A stretch of DNA of 64,000 bases from Alphaproteobacteria bacterium (GTDB lineage: Bacteria > Pseudomonadota > Alphaproteobacteria > Bin95): assembly GCA_963665325.3 (NCBI GenBank), contig CAXXWS020000002.1:992001-1056000 (forward strand). The letters run 5' to 3'. The translations under genes and the position numbers were made by a program. A model generated the notes under the pieces. The model was not told the origin of the DNA. It saw only the letters and a list, made by a program, of their open reading frames with translations, and ran no database searches. Each line of letters opens with the position of its first letter. Positions within the stretch are counted from its first letter, which is position 1. Below are positions 10,080 to 19,542 of this stretch, piece by piece.

Positions 10080-13000
10080 GTCTTCGCACGCCGGCGGCGA
10101 GCGTTCGCCTTCCCGCCGGCCCCCCAACGCTTCCGACAGTCTCGATGCTTCTTCCGCGCGCGGCGTCGTCGCGCGCGTGGGTTCCGCCATCCGCCGGCTG
10201 CGCCCCGCCCTCGCGGCTGCGCTGCTCTCCCTGCCGCTCTTCGCCGGCCTGACCACCGGGGCCGCCGCGCAGTCGGCGGTCGAGTGCAGCACCGCCAATG
10301 ACGAGGGCTCCTACACGGTGCCCGTCAACTGGGCGCTGAAGCCCTCGGGCGTCGCCGCCGGCGGTAAGTTCCGGCTGCTGTTCATCACCTCGACCACGCG
10401 CGACGCCACGGCGACCGGTATCGCCACCTACAACACGCATGTGCAGACCGCCGCCAAGGCCGGGCACAGCGCGATCTCCGACAGTTGCGGCAATCTCTTC
10501 AAGGTTGTCGGCTCGACCTCCGCGGTGGACGCGCGCGACAACACAGGGACCACGGGCACGGGGGTGGAGATATACTGGCTGAACGGCAACAGGCTCGCCA
10601 ACAACTACGCCGACTTCTACGACGGGAGCTGGGATGATTACGGCAGGAAAAACGAGAGTGGAGGCGATACGAACGACAATATCGTCACCACAGGCAGCAA
10701 CAATGACGGCACTAAACACTCATGGTTCTTAGGTGATACCTTCGTAGTTCGGCAAGGTAACGCGGGCGATTCGACCGCAGGACCTTTGGATGAGAGTAGT
10801 AATGGTGTTCCTGGTGCTTCATCACATCATTTCTACGGCCTCTCCCCCGTCTTCAAGGTGGAGGCCGCAAGCGAGTACACGATCAGCTTCGATCCGGCGG
10901 TTTACACTTTGTCCGAGGCCGATGGGTTCGTCGACGTGACCGGCACTCTGTCGGCGGCGCAGACGAGGGCTGTCACCATACCGTTCCGCTACGAATTCCC
11001 GGACCCAGGCGCCGGATACCGGAATTTCTCCCCCGTGCCCTGGGTGACCGTCCCTGCGGGGCAGACGAGTTTCACCCTGCGCGTCCCGATCCTCGACAAC
11101 AGCCTGTTCGAGAATAACGATCTTGTCGTTATCACTGTGCCGGGGGATGCGAGCGCAAGGGCCGACCTCGTCATCCTGGACGACGAGACCGCCAGGGGCT
11201 ACGCGACTCACGAGGCCTCGGATGGCAGTTACTCATGCATCAGCCGGGGCAGGGACATCCTGGTGGATGACCAATCGGGCGGCACGATAGCGGTTCAGCA
11301 GCCCGGCTGGTGGGTGGGCCAGCCGCCGCCGGGTCTGGTGGTGGACTGGGACCGGGACAACTACGCGGTCGGCGACACCGCGACGATCACGTTCCGCACG
11401 TCGGACGGCTCGCGCTCCTGCGCCGGCATCGAATTCTGGCTCAGCGTGAGCCAGAGTCCCCACCAAACGTGGAATAACGGGCTGCCGCCGCAGCCGGCGG
11501 TACTCCAGTTCCCCAGAGACAGTCACCGCGTGTTCGTAACGCTGGGCCGCGGCCAGACGGAGGTCAGCCGGTCGTTCAAGGTCCTGGCGCCGGGCATGGC
11601 GATTTTCCAGATCAAGAAGGTGTCGAACAGGACCCCCTGGAACCTGGGCCGTCTGGGCGCCAAGCTGCGCGACATGCCGACACCGGTGGACCGCGACGGA
11701 ACCGCGCTGACGGTCAGCCGGGACCTGTGGGGGGCGGGGGCCGCCACCGAGGTGACGGCGACCGTCCACCCGGGCGTGTACTTCCAGTCGGCATCGCGGG
11801 AGGTGCAGGAGGATGCCGGGACGGTGAACCTGACGGTGGCCGTCAATCCGCCGCCGGCCACGTCCCATACGCTCGTCTACACCCTGTCCGGAACCGCGAC
11901 GTGGGACGACGACTACAACATTGCTGGCGCGACCGATAGCGGCGGCGCCGTTACGGTGCCCGCGAATGCCGGCAGCGTGACCATTCCGGTGACGATCGTC
12001 GACGACTCGGTCGATGACGACGGCGAGACAATCGTGGTCCGTCTGGCGACGAGCGGCGATTACCGGCCCGCCACGCCCGACAGCGTGACGCTCACGATCC
12101 GCAATCACGATCCGGTGCCCGAGCCGGAGGTGAGCATCGCGGCCGGGGCCGGCGTGACCGAGGGCGGCAGCGCGAGTTTCACGCTGACGGCCGATCCGGC
12201 GCCGACGGCGCCGCTGGACGTGAGCGTGACGATTGCCGCCGAGGGCGAGTTCGGCATTGCGGCCGGCGAGCGGACCGTCACCATCCCGACCACGGGCAGT
12301 TATGAGCTGACCCTTGCGACGGCGGGCGACGGCGTGGACGAGCCCGATGGCTCGGTGACCGCGACGGTGTACGCCGGCAACGGCTACACGGTCGGCGCCG
12401 CTTCCTCCGGGACGGTCGCCATCGCGGACGACGACGCGCTTCCCGCCGCCCATCCGCTGGTGAAGCATGCGCCGGTGGTCAAGCGGTTCTTCGACCGGAT
12501 CACGGCGAGGAACCAGCACGGCAACGGCGCCGCCGGGGGATGGAACAAGCGCTTCCTGAAGGCGATGGGGCACCCGGACTATGTCGACTACCCGCAGGCC
12601 GCGGTGACGGTGGCGGATGCGACGCGGATATGGAACCACGGCGGTCCCGGCGCCAACACGGCCTGGAACGGCACGGTCGCGGCGGTGACCTATGCCGAGC
12701 GGTATTTCGCCGGGCTGGTGACGCCGCCCGATCCGGTACTCATTCCGGAGATCTCCATTGCGGCGGGTGCCGGCATTACCGAGGGCGGCGATGCGGTATT
12801 CACGGTGACGGCGGACCGGGCACCGGATGCCAACCTCTCTGTGGCGCTCACGGTGTCGGAAGCCCAGGGCAGCGACTTCGTGGCCGCGTCCGACGAGGGC
12901 ACGAAGACGGTGACCGTCCTTGCCGGCGAGACTTCGGGCACGCTTACCGTGAAGACGGAGGACGACAGGGCGGACGAGCCCGACGGCTCGGTGACCGCGA

Positions 13001-14976
13001 CATTGGCAGCCGGCAGCGGCTACACGGTGGCGGCGTCCCCGCAGGACGCGGCCTCGGTTGCGGTGGCCGACAACGACGCGGCGGGCGCTCTGCCGGTGCT
13101 TTCCGTGGAGAGCAAGTCGGTGCAGGAAGGCGACGGGAAGGTGACGTTGTGGGCCACCATCGACCCGTTCCCGTCGAAGGCGGATTTCCCGGAACTTTAC
13201 AGGACGACCCGGCTGAAGCTCCGCACCATCGAGGGGACGGCATGGGACGGTGTCGACTATGTCGGCATCCCCGCCAGCTTCGGGATCACGGAGGCGTGCA
13301 ATTTCCACACCACCCTGGCGCCGAACGGGAAGCACGGGTGCCGGATCGACGAGGTGACGATTCTGGACGACTCCCATGACGATGGCGGGGAGACCTTCCA
13401 GCTTGAGGTGGGATTCGCGGACAACGAGCCGGCGCCGCTGCGCGGCCTGGGCGAGGCGCGCGGCACGGTCACCATCGAGAACTCGGACCCGCTGCCGGGG
13501 GCATGGCTGGCGCGGTTCGGTCGTGCGGTGGCGGAACAGGCTCTGGACGGCATTACGGCCCGCATGGCGGCACCACGCACGCCGGGCATGCAGGGCACGA
13601 TTGCCGGGCAGTCTCTCGACTTCAGCGGCGGGGCAAGCCTGTCTCAGTCCCCCGGATCGTTGTCCGGGGCAGGCGGGGCAAGCTTCGGCGGGGAGACGCA
13701 GGCGCAGGCGCGGGGCATGACGATGCAGGAGGTTCTGCGGGGGTCGAGCTTCTCGCTGACCGGCGAGGCGGACAGCGTCGGCGGCACGCTTGCCTTCTGG
13801 GGCGGGACGCCCGGTGCGGGCGGTCTTGTGTCCGGGTCGCAGTTTGCCGGCAATCAGCGCGGCGACCCCGGATCGGGGTCCGGGGCAGGCGGCACGGCGG
13901 TGCATCTCAGCGGCGAGACGAGCGCGGCGCTTCTGGGCACGGACTATGCGCAGGGCCCGTGGCTGGTCGGGTTCGCACTGTCGCAGAGCCGGGCCGAGGG
14001 CAGCTATGCGGCCATTGGCGGCGATGTGGCGGCGCACGCAAGCGACGGCGAGGTTGAGGCATCATTGACGGCGACGATCCCCTATGCGGCGCTGGCGGTC
14101 TCGGAGCGGTTGAAGCTCTGGGGTGCTGCGGGCCAGGGGTCCGGCGATGTGACGGTGAAGACCGCGCTGGGCGGGAGCCTCAGCGCCGACACGGCCTGGA
14201 GCATGGCGGCGGCGGGCCTGCGGGGCGACCTGCTGGCTCCTTCTGCCGAGGGGACAGGGCCGTCCCTGGCGCTGGTATCGGACGCCTTGTGGGTGCAGAC
14301 CGCGTCGGAGAAGACGCGCGACCTTGCGGCGTCGGAGTCCGATGTGAGCCGGCTCAGGCTGGGCCTTGAGGGCAGCTGGGGACTGGCGCTGGCCGGCGGC
14401 GGCAACATTGTGCCAAAGCTGGAGCTTGGGGCGCGTCATGACGGCGGCGATGCGGAGACGGGCTTCGGGGTGGAACTCGGCGGCGGTCTTGCCTGGCGCG
14501 ACCCGGGCCTCGGGCTGACGCTCGACCTGTCGGGGCGCACGCTGGTCGCGCATAACGATGGCGGGCTGGAGGACCGGGGTATCTCGGCACAGCTCGCCTT
14601 CGACCCGGAGCCTGCGAACGGTCGGGGCCTGTCCTTCGGCCTCGGCCAGGACTGGGGCGGGCGGGCGCAAGGCGGCCTCGACACGCTGTTCACGCCGGAG
14701 CCGCTGGAGGACCGCGAGGGCAGCAGCGAGGCGGAGGCGCGCTGGACGGCGGAGGCGGCCTGGGGCTTCCCGGCGTTCGACGGGCGTTTCACCGGCAGCC
14801 CGCATGTCGGGTTGGGGCTTACGACGGACGCGCGCGACTACAGTCTCGGCTGGCGGCTGACGCCGGAAGCCGCGACCGCGCCCGACCTCTCCTTCGGTCT
14901 CAGGGCGACACGTAGGGAAAGCGGCAACGCCCGGCCGGAGCATACCGTCGGCGTGGACATTACGGCGCGGTGGTAA
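10018..14976 (+). CDS. Autotransporter adhesin-like protein 1 (N-terminal lectin-like domain, Calx-beta/Ig-like repeats, C-terminal beta-barrel)
   Basis: Signal-like RRLRPALAAALLSLPLFAGLTTGAAAQ; Calx-beta-like motifs (VTIPVTIVDDSVDDDGETIVV, DEPDGSVTAT); barrel motifs AWLARFGR and GARHDGGDAETGFGVELGGG; terminal W. Confidence 0.85.
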   Translation: MTAMSVSAWLRRPGCPSSPPESSHAGGERSPSRRPPNASDSLDASSARGVVARVGSAIRRLRPALAAALLSLPLFAGLTTGAAAQSAVECSTANDEGSYTVPVNWALKPSGVAAGGKFRLLFITSTTRDATATGIATYNTHVQTAAKAGHSAISDSCGNLFKVVGSTSAVDARDNTGTTGTGVEIYWLNGNRLANNYADFYDGSWDDYGRKNESGGDTNDNIVTTGSNNDGTKHSWFLGDTFVVRQGNAGDSTAGPLDESSNGVPGASSHHFYGLSPVFKVEAASEYTISFDPAVYTLSEADGFVDVTGTLSAAQTRAVTIPFRYEFPDPGAGYRNFSPVPWVTVPAGQTSFTLRVPILDNSLFENNDLVVITVPGDASARADLVILDDETARGYATHEASDGSYSCISRGRDILVDDQSGGTIAVQQPGWWVGQPPPGLVVDWDRDNYAVGDTATITFRTSDGSRSCAGIEFWLSVSQSPHQTWNNGLPPQPAVLQFPRDSHRVFVTLGRGQTEVSRSFKVLAPGMAIFQIKKVSNRTPWNLGRLGAKLRDMPTPVDRDGTALTVSRDLWGAGAATEVTATVHPGVYFQSASREVQEDAGTVNLTVAVNPPPATSHTLVYTLSGTATWDDDYNIAGATDSGGAVTVPANAGSVTIPVTIVDDSVDDDGETIVVRLATSGDYRPATPDSVTLTIRNHDPVPEPEVSIAAGAGVTEGGSASFTLTADPAPTAPLDVSVTIAAEGEFGIAAGERTVTIPTTGSYELTLATAGDGVDEPDGSVTATVYAGNGYTVGAASSGTVAIADDDALPAAHPLVKHAPVVKRFFDRITARNQHGNGAAGGWNKRFLKAMGHPDYVDYPQAAVTVADATRIWNHGGPGANTAWNGTVAAVTYAERYFAGLVTPPDPVLIPEISIAAGAGITEGGDAVFTVTADRAPDANLSVALTVSEAQGSDFVAASDEGTKTVTVLAGETSGTLTVKTEDDRADEPDGSVTATLAAGSGYTVAASPQDAASVAVADNDAAGALPVLSVESKSVQEGDGKVTLWATIDPFPSKADFPELYRTTRLKLRTIEGTAWDGVDYVGIPASFGITEACNFHTTLAPNGKHGCRIDEVTILDDSHDDGGETFQLEVGFADNEPAPLRGLGEARGTVTIENSDPLPGAWLARFGRAVAEQALDGITARMAAPRTPGMQGTIAGQSLDFSGGASLSQSPGSLSGAGGASFGGETQAQARGMTMQEVLRGSSFSLTGEADSVGGTLAFWGGTPGAGGLVSGSQFAGNQRGDPGSGSGAGGTAVHLSGETSAALLGTDYAQGPWLVGFALSQSRAEGSYAAIGGDVAAHASDGEVEASLTATIPYAALAVSERLKLWGAAGQGSGDVTVKTALGGSLSADTAWSMAAAGLRGDLLAPSAEGTGPSLALVSDALWVQTASEKTRDLAASESDVSRLRLGLEGSWGLALAGGGNIVPKLELGARHDGGDAETGFGVELGGGLAWRDPGLGLTLDLSGRTLVAHNDGGLEDRGISAQLAFDPEPANGRGLSFGLGQDWGGRAQGGLDTLFTPEPLEDREGSSEAEARWTAEAAWGFPAFDGRFTGSPHVGLGLTTDARDYSLGWRLTPEAATAPDLSFGLRATRRESGNARPEHTVGVDITARW
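13650..13674 (+). repeat. Intragenic palindromic element (CCCCGGATC-N-GTCCGGGGCAGGC family)
   Basis: CCCCGGATCGTTGTCCGGGGCAGGC; related copies at 13866, 45308, 47537 and 48991. Confidence 0.7.
13866..13890 (+). repeat. Intragenic palindromic element
   Basis: CCCCGGATCGGGGTCCGGGGCAGGC encodes PGSGSGAG, in a segment absent from the paralogous barrel. Confidence 0.75.
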
Positions 14977-15049
14977 GCCTGCGGCAAGCGGAGGACCCCG
15001 GTCGCCCGTCATGCGTCAATGGCGCGTGACGGGCGCTCGACGCATCCCT

Positions 15050-16204
15050 TCAGTTGCGGCAAGGCGCCATCGCGGCGGCCATTGCCGCTCCGACCCGTTC
15101 TGCGGCGGCTTCGATGTCGCGGTCGGCGAGATGGGCGTAGCGAAGCGTCATCTGGACATCCGCATGGCCGAGCAGGCGGGAGACGACCGGCAGCGGTACG
15201 CCGTTCATAACGGCATGGCTCGCCATGGTATGACGCAGGTCATGAAGGCGCACATCCTCGATCCCGGCCTCGCGGCGGACCCGGTCCCACAGCCCGAGGG
15301 TCGAGCAGCGCGGGCGTGCCGGGTCGCATGGCGAAGGGAACACGAACAGGCTGGCCGTGCGCGGCTGCCGGTCGAGAATGGCACGGGCCTGGCTGTTGAG
15401 CGGAACCGTCCTCGGCCCCGTCTTGGAATCGCCGAGCGCCAACATCCCGTCGCGGACTTCCGACCGGCGCAGGCCCATGATCTCGCCCTTGCGGCATCCG
15501 GTGAGCAGCAGCAGCCGGATGATGTCCGCCTGCGGACGCCTGTCCTTGCGGGTCTGCGCATCCAGCACGGCGTGCAGGCGTCCGAGCTCCTCCGTGGACA
15601 GGAACCGCGTGAGCTTCGCCCGCCGGTTGAACGCGATGCCCTGTGCGGGGTTGCGTTCGATATGGCCGCAGGCGACGGCGAAATTCAGGATCTGCCGGAG
15701 GCGCCTGAGTACGTGATTGGCGTTGCCGGGCGCGGTGCGGCTGAAGCGGTCGAACCAACGCCCGATCCGCGTCTCACTCATGCGGTCCAGCGGCTTCGAC
15801 CCGAAGACCGGAAGAAGCTGGCTCGCCAGCGCATACCGGGCGGTTTGCTTCGTCGAAGACTTGTAGCGGTCGTAGTGCGCCGCCTTCCACGGCCCCGCGA
15901 CGAACTCCCGGAACAACGGGACCGGACAAGCCGCCTCGATCCTTGTCACAGGCTTCGGGTTCGCACGGCGCGCGTGGCATTCCCTGCGGACCTCCTCAAG
16001 GCTCTTCACGCCGACCGGACCGAGCGAGATGCGCTTCGTGCGCCCGCCGACGTCCAGAAGCAGCACATAGCTGCACCCGCCGGAGGGCCGCACCCGGACG
16101 CCGAGACCGGAAGCGCGGCTGTCCCAGACCGTGTATTCCCGCTCGCGAGGGCGGAGACGGGCAATGGCGGCGTCGGTGAGTTTCATCCGTTCCCTGCCTG
16201 CCAT
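15050..16204 (-). CDS. Tyrosine recombinase/integrase with N-terminal arm-binding domain
   Basis: KLTDAAIARL...VWDSRASGLGVRV arm domain; catalytic LLLLTGCRKGEI, DSKTG, HDLRHT, LLGH, TLRY. Confidence 0.92.
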   Translation of the reverse strand: MAGRERMKLTDAAIARLRPREREYTVWDSRASGLGVRVRPSGGCSYVLLLDVGGRTKRISLGPVGVKSLEEVRRECHARRANPKPVTRIEAACPVPLFREFVAGPWKAAHYDRYKSSTKQTARYALASQLLPVFGSKPLDRMSETRIGRWFDRFSRTAPGNANHVLRRLRQILNFAVACGHIERNPAQGIAFNRRAKLTRFLSTEELGRLHAVLDAQTRKDRRPQADIIRLLLLTGCRKGEIMGLRRSEVRDGMLALGDSKTGPRTVPLNSQARAILDRQPRTASLFVFPSPCDPARPRCSTLGLWDRVRREAGIEDVRLHDLRHTMASHAVMNGVPLPVVSRLLGHADVQMTLRYAHLADRDIEAAAERVGAAMAAAMAPCRN

Positions 16205-16224
16205 CGCTCAGGCTCCCCCCAAGA

Positions 16225-18300
16225 TTACGCTTCATACTGCGCCCCAGTACTTCGTTGCCCCACAAGATCGGGGAAACGTCCTTGTTTTGAAGTCTTTGGT
16301 TGTTTGGCAGGTGGTGGATCGGGGAGTTCGAACAGGTATCCGGGTTTGTCGTTATAGGCGTGTCCGCGCAGAAGGCCGGCCCTGTGCCATCGGTATACCG
16401 TTTCGTCGGACACCCCGAGCCGGTTGGCGGCTTCCAGGGCGGTCAACAGCCCGAGTTCGCGCAGCCGTTGATGGCGGGACTTGAGAGCGTATTTGTCCCG
16501 GACCACCCTTACCAACATCGGATTGAAGGCGTGGCCGTATCCGCTTCGGTACCCGCGCTCGTTGAGGATTGTTGCGATCTCGCCGATGGTGTGGTCGTTC
16601 AACAGCCTGTCGACCTCGGCGACGACATCGTTGCTGGTCTTGTGGATTTCAGACGCGAGTGGACCCGGTTTCCAGGTAAGCTGTCGGGTCGCGCCACCGC
16701 GCAGCCGCACCCCCAGGCTGCGCGTAGCCTTGGTCAGTGTCACGTCCTCGATCAGCAGCCGCGCCATTCGCTTGCGCTCGCGGTGCGGCGTCGCCGGATC
16801 GTTCCACAGACGGGGGAAGTCACTGACCAGCGCGAGGATTCGCTCGCGTTGCCGATCGTCCAACCTCTGGCCCGGTTCAGCGCGGCTGCACTCGAGCTCG
16901 CGCTGTGCCTCGTCGAGGGCCCGAAGCTTCGCATTCCACTCCGCCTCCAGCACGTTGGCCACCATCCGGTTGTCGGGATGGGTCTGCATGAACCGCTGCC
17001 GCGCCAAGTCCGCTTCCTCGCGGGCGCGCTGAACCCGTTGAGCGCGCCACAGATCCGCCTCCCCGGCGCGTGCGGCGAGTTCGTCCTGTACCTGCAGCGC
17101 CATGTCCAGCGTGAGCGGTGTCATCAGCTCGACCAGCAGCTCGCCAATCGCTTGGTCTATGGCGCCGCCGGATATGCTCTGACAATTCCCGGCGCCCGCC
17201 GTCTCGATCTTTTCACGGGCGCACAGGTAGTAGGGGTTCAGCCCCCCTTTGCGGCTGCGATAGTGCACCGTCATGTTCCTGCCGCACACGCCGCAAATGG
17301 CCAGGCCCTGCAGCAGTGCGGGCCCCTCGCGCGGCGCACTGCGGCGCCCCGCGGCGCGCGCTTGAGCGTTGTCCCGGAGCTGGCGCTCATTCTCCTCGAA
17401 CCGCTCCCAGGTGATATAGCCCGGGTGGGCATCGCGCAGCAGGACTGTCCATTCCTCGCGTGCCAGGCGTTTCTTCTCGGCGCCCCCTCCGGGACGCCGC
17501 CGGCTGCGGCTGCGCCCGAACGCGAAAGCGCCGGCGTATCGCGGGTTGTGCAGAATCTGCAGCGCGCGCGTGAGCTTCAGAGGCTTCCAATGCAACTCGC
17601 CCCTGTGCGGCCCGCTGCGAGGACGGTACGGAAACAGCAATTTCTCGTTGTTGAAATGCCTGACCGTGGCGCTGGCCGAGCCGGTCCTGGTGAAGGTGTC
17701 GAACAGCAGGCGCAGACTGTGCTGCACCTGCTCGTCGGGGTCGAGCGCCACATTGCCGAGTGGGTCGTATACCAGCCCCACCGGCAGCGTCATCCTCAAC
17801 TCCCCGCGCTTGGCCTTGGCCAGCACTCCGCCCCGCATCCGGGCGCGCATCATGTGCAGCTCGGCCTCGCTCATGGTTCCTTTGAGCCCGAGCAGGAGCC
17901 GGTCGTTGAAGTCGCCGGGATCGTAGACGCCGTCCTCGTCGAGGATCAGCGTCTCGCTCAGGGCGCATATCTCGAGCAGGCGATGCCAATCGGTGGAGTT
18001 CCTCGCGAGCCTGGACACTTCGAGCCCGAGCACGATGCCGGCCCGGCCCATGCCGGCCTCGGCGACCAGACGCTGGAACCCCTCTCGGTCGGCGTCGGCG
18101 CCGGAGAGACCGAGATCGCTGTCGATCACGACGATGCTCTCGGTCGGCCAGCCCAGTGCCACGGCCCGCTCCCGCAGCGCGTACTGGCGCCGCGTGCTCT
18201 CGCCATGTTCGAATACCTGGCGCTGAGTAGACTGACGCACATACAGATAGGCATCGCGGCTCAGGTGGCTCGTCGTCACCTTCTGGTGAGCGGGATTCAT
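16225..18300 (-). CDS. Large serine recombinase (resolvase, recombinase, zinc ribbon and C-terminal HTH domains)
   Basis: AYLYVRQST catalytic Ser motif, LEVSRLARN, LLLGLKGTMSEAEL, LHNPRYAG, CGVCG...YYLC zinc ribbon. Confidence 0.93.
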   Translation of the reverse strand: MNPAHQKVTTSHLSRDAYLYVRQSTQRQVFEHGESTRRQYALRERAVALGWPTESIVVIDSDLGLSGADADREGFQRLVAEAGMGRAGIVLGLEVSRLARNSTDWHRLLEICALSETLILDEDGVYDPGDFNDRLLLGLKGTMSEAELHMMRARMRGGVLAKAKRGELRMTLPVGLVYDPLGNVALDPDEQVQHSLRLLFDTFTRTGSASATVRHFNNEKLLFPYRPRSGPHRGELHWKPLKLTRALQILHNPRYAGAFAFGRSRSRRRPGGGAEKKRLAREEWTVLLRDAHPGYITWERFEENERQLRDNAQARAAGRRSAPREGPALLQGLAICGVCGRNMTVHYRSRKGGLNPYYLCAREKIETAGAGNCQSISGGAIDQAIGELLVELMTPLTLDMALQVQDELAARAGEADLWRAQRVQRAREEADLARQRFMQTHPDNRMVANVLEAEWNAKLRALDEAQRELECSRAEPGQRLDDRQRERILALVSDFPRLWNDPATPHRERKRMARLLIEDVTLTKATRSLGVRLRGGATRQLTWKPGPLASEIHKTSNDVVAEVDRLLNDHTIGEIATILNERGYRSGYGHAFNPMLVRVVRDKYALKSRHQRLRELGLLTALEAANRLGVSDETVYRWHRAGLLRGHAYNDKPGYLFELPDPPPAKQPKTSKQGRFPDLVGQRSTGAQYEA

Positions 18301-18599
18301 GCGGCTTCCCTCCCCATATGACCGTTGAGCATGGCGATCAAAATGTCGATCGCCGACGTCTCGACCCCGGTGGGCAACGGCCCGGGCGAGGTCGCCGGGC
18401 ACAGGGCGGGCGGCGGGGCAGGCAGTTCGGCGAGGGCATGCAGCCAGGCCGCGACGCCGCGCAGCGCCACCAGGGCGATCCCGTGGCGGTCGTGGGCGGC
18501 GCCGGGCTCGACGGCATGACGGCGCATCCGCTCGTAACCGTGCCCGTAGGCGGAATGCTCCGCCGCGGCGAGCGCGGCGCAGGGCGGGTTGTGCATCAT
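18297..18599 (-). CDS. Small hypothetical protein of the serine recombinase element
   Basis: ATGA overlaps with both neighbours; YERMRRHA...GIALVALRGVAAWL. Confidence 0.65.
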   Translation of the reverse strand: MMHNPPCAALAAAEHSAYGHGYERMRRHAVEPGAAHDRHGIALVALRGVAAWLHALAELPAPPPALCPATSPGPLPTGVETSAIDILIAMLNGHMGREAA

Positions 18600-19054
18600 C
18601 GTTTTTTTCCCCGCGCGAGGGCGCGGTCGATGCTGCGGCGATGAACCGAGATGGCGAAGCGTGCGCGCACCAGCTCGACCAGGTCGGCGGCGGTCAGTTC
18701 CGGTTGTTCGCTTTTCGCCGCCCGCAGCGCTTCGACCACCTCGTCGCTGAGCTTGTGCGCCCGGCGCGGTCCCGGCCGGTCCGGCAGCAGGCCCGGCAGC
18801 CCGCCCGCCTCCCAGGCGCGCTGCGCCTGATACCAGGTGGGCCGCGAGACGCCGAAGCTCGCGGCCGCGTGGCTTACCGGCACGCCGTCCTCGCGCACGC
18901 GGCGCAGCATCTCGTACCTGACCTGGAGCAGGTCGCGCGGGTCGAAGAACGGGTTCGACAGGAACAGCTCGTCGCGCACCGCCTCCGCATTCGGGTTCAG
19001 GCAGCCGTGCTCCTTGAGGGAACGGGTCTTTGCGTCGGCGGGGCGTCTGGCCAT
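18596..19054 (-). CDS. Helix-turn-helix domain protein of the serine recombinase element
   Basis: FFDPRDLLQVRYEMLRR, AAASFGVSRPTWYQ (HTH), GLPGLLPDRPGPR. Confidence 0.85.
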   Translation of the reverse strand: MARRPADAKTRSLKEHGCLNPNAEAVRDELFLSNPFFDPRDLLQVRYEMLRRVREDGVPVSHAAASFGVSRPTWYQAQRAWEAGGLPGLLPDRPGPRRAHKLSDEVVEALRAAKSEQPELTAADLVELVRARFAISVHRRSIDRALARGKKR

Positions 19055-19236
19055 CGCACGGGCTCCGTCGGGAAAGATATGTAAATATGTTTATGCACAT
19101 ATCCGCCACCGTATCAAGTCTCGTCTTCCCCTGCACAGGAGCAAACGGTCTAAAATACCAAGCATTATACTCAATCCACACCACCTCTCCGGCCACTTCA
19201 ATGTGCTGCACTTCCCGCTTATGCGCAAAAACGATC

Positions 19237-19542
19237 TTACACACGCGGCAAAATCTCCTTGACAGTCCCCGCCCCGCCATCGCCCTCCCTCCCGGCGCCA
19301 CCGTCTCCGTCCAGGCTGTCCAGCAATGCCGCCAACGCGAGCAGATCCGAGACACGGAACGCCGACCGGCCCGACCCCACCCTCACAAACGGATCCTCGC
19401 AGGCAACGCTGGTCCAGGCTTGCCGTATGCTGCACAGTGTCCCGTCATCTCCTGTGTAGTGCACATGCCCCACCCCCATGACCGGCTTGTTCTCGACCAG
19501 TTCGAACTCACGGTCGTGAAGAGGATGAAACGGATGCGTCAC
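19237..19542 (-). CDS. DUF5372-like small protein; only a GTG start in the integrated state
   Basis: VTHPFHPLHDREFELV...WTSV...DPFV...GRSAFRVSDLLAL; the frame is open back to the element end. Confidence 0.7.
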   Translation of the reverse strand: MTHPFHPLHDREFELVENKPVMGVGHVHYTGDDGTLCSIRQAWTSVACEDPFVRVGSGRSAFRVSDLLALAALLDSLDGDGGAGREGDGGAGTVKEILPRV

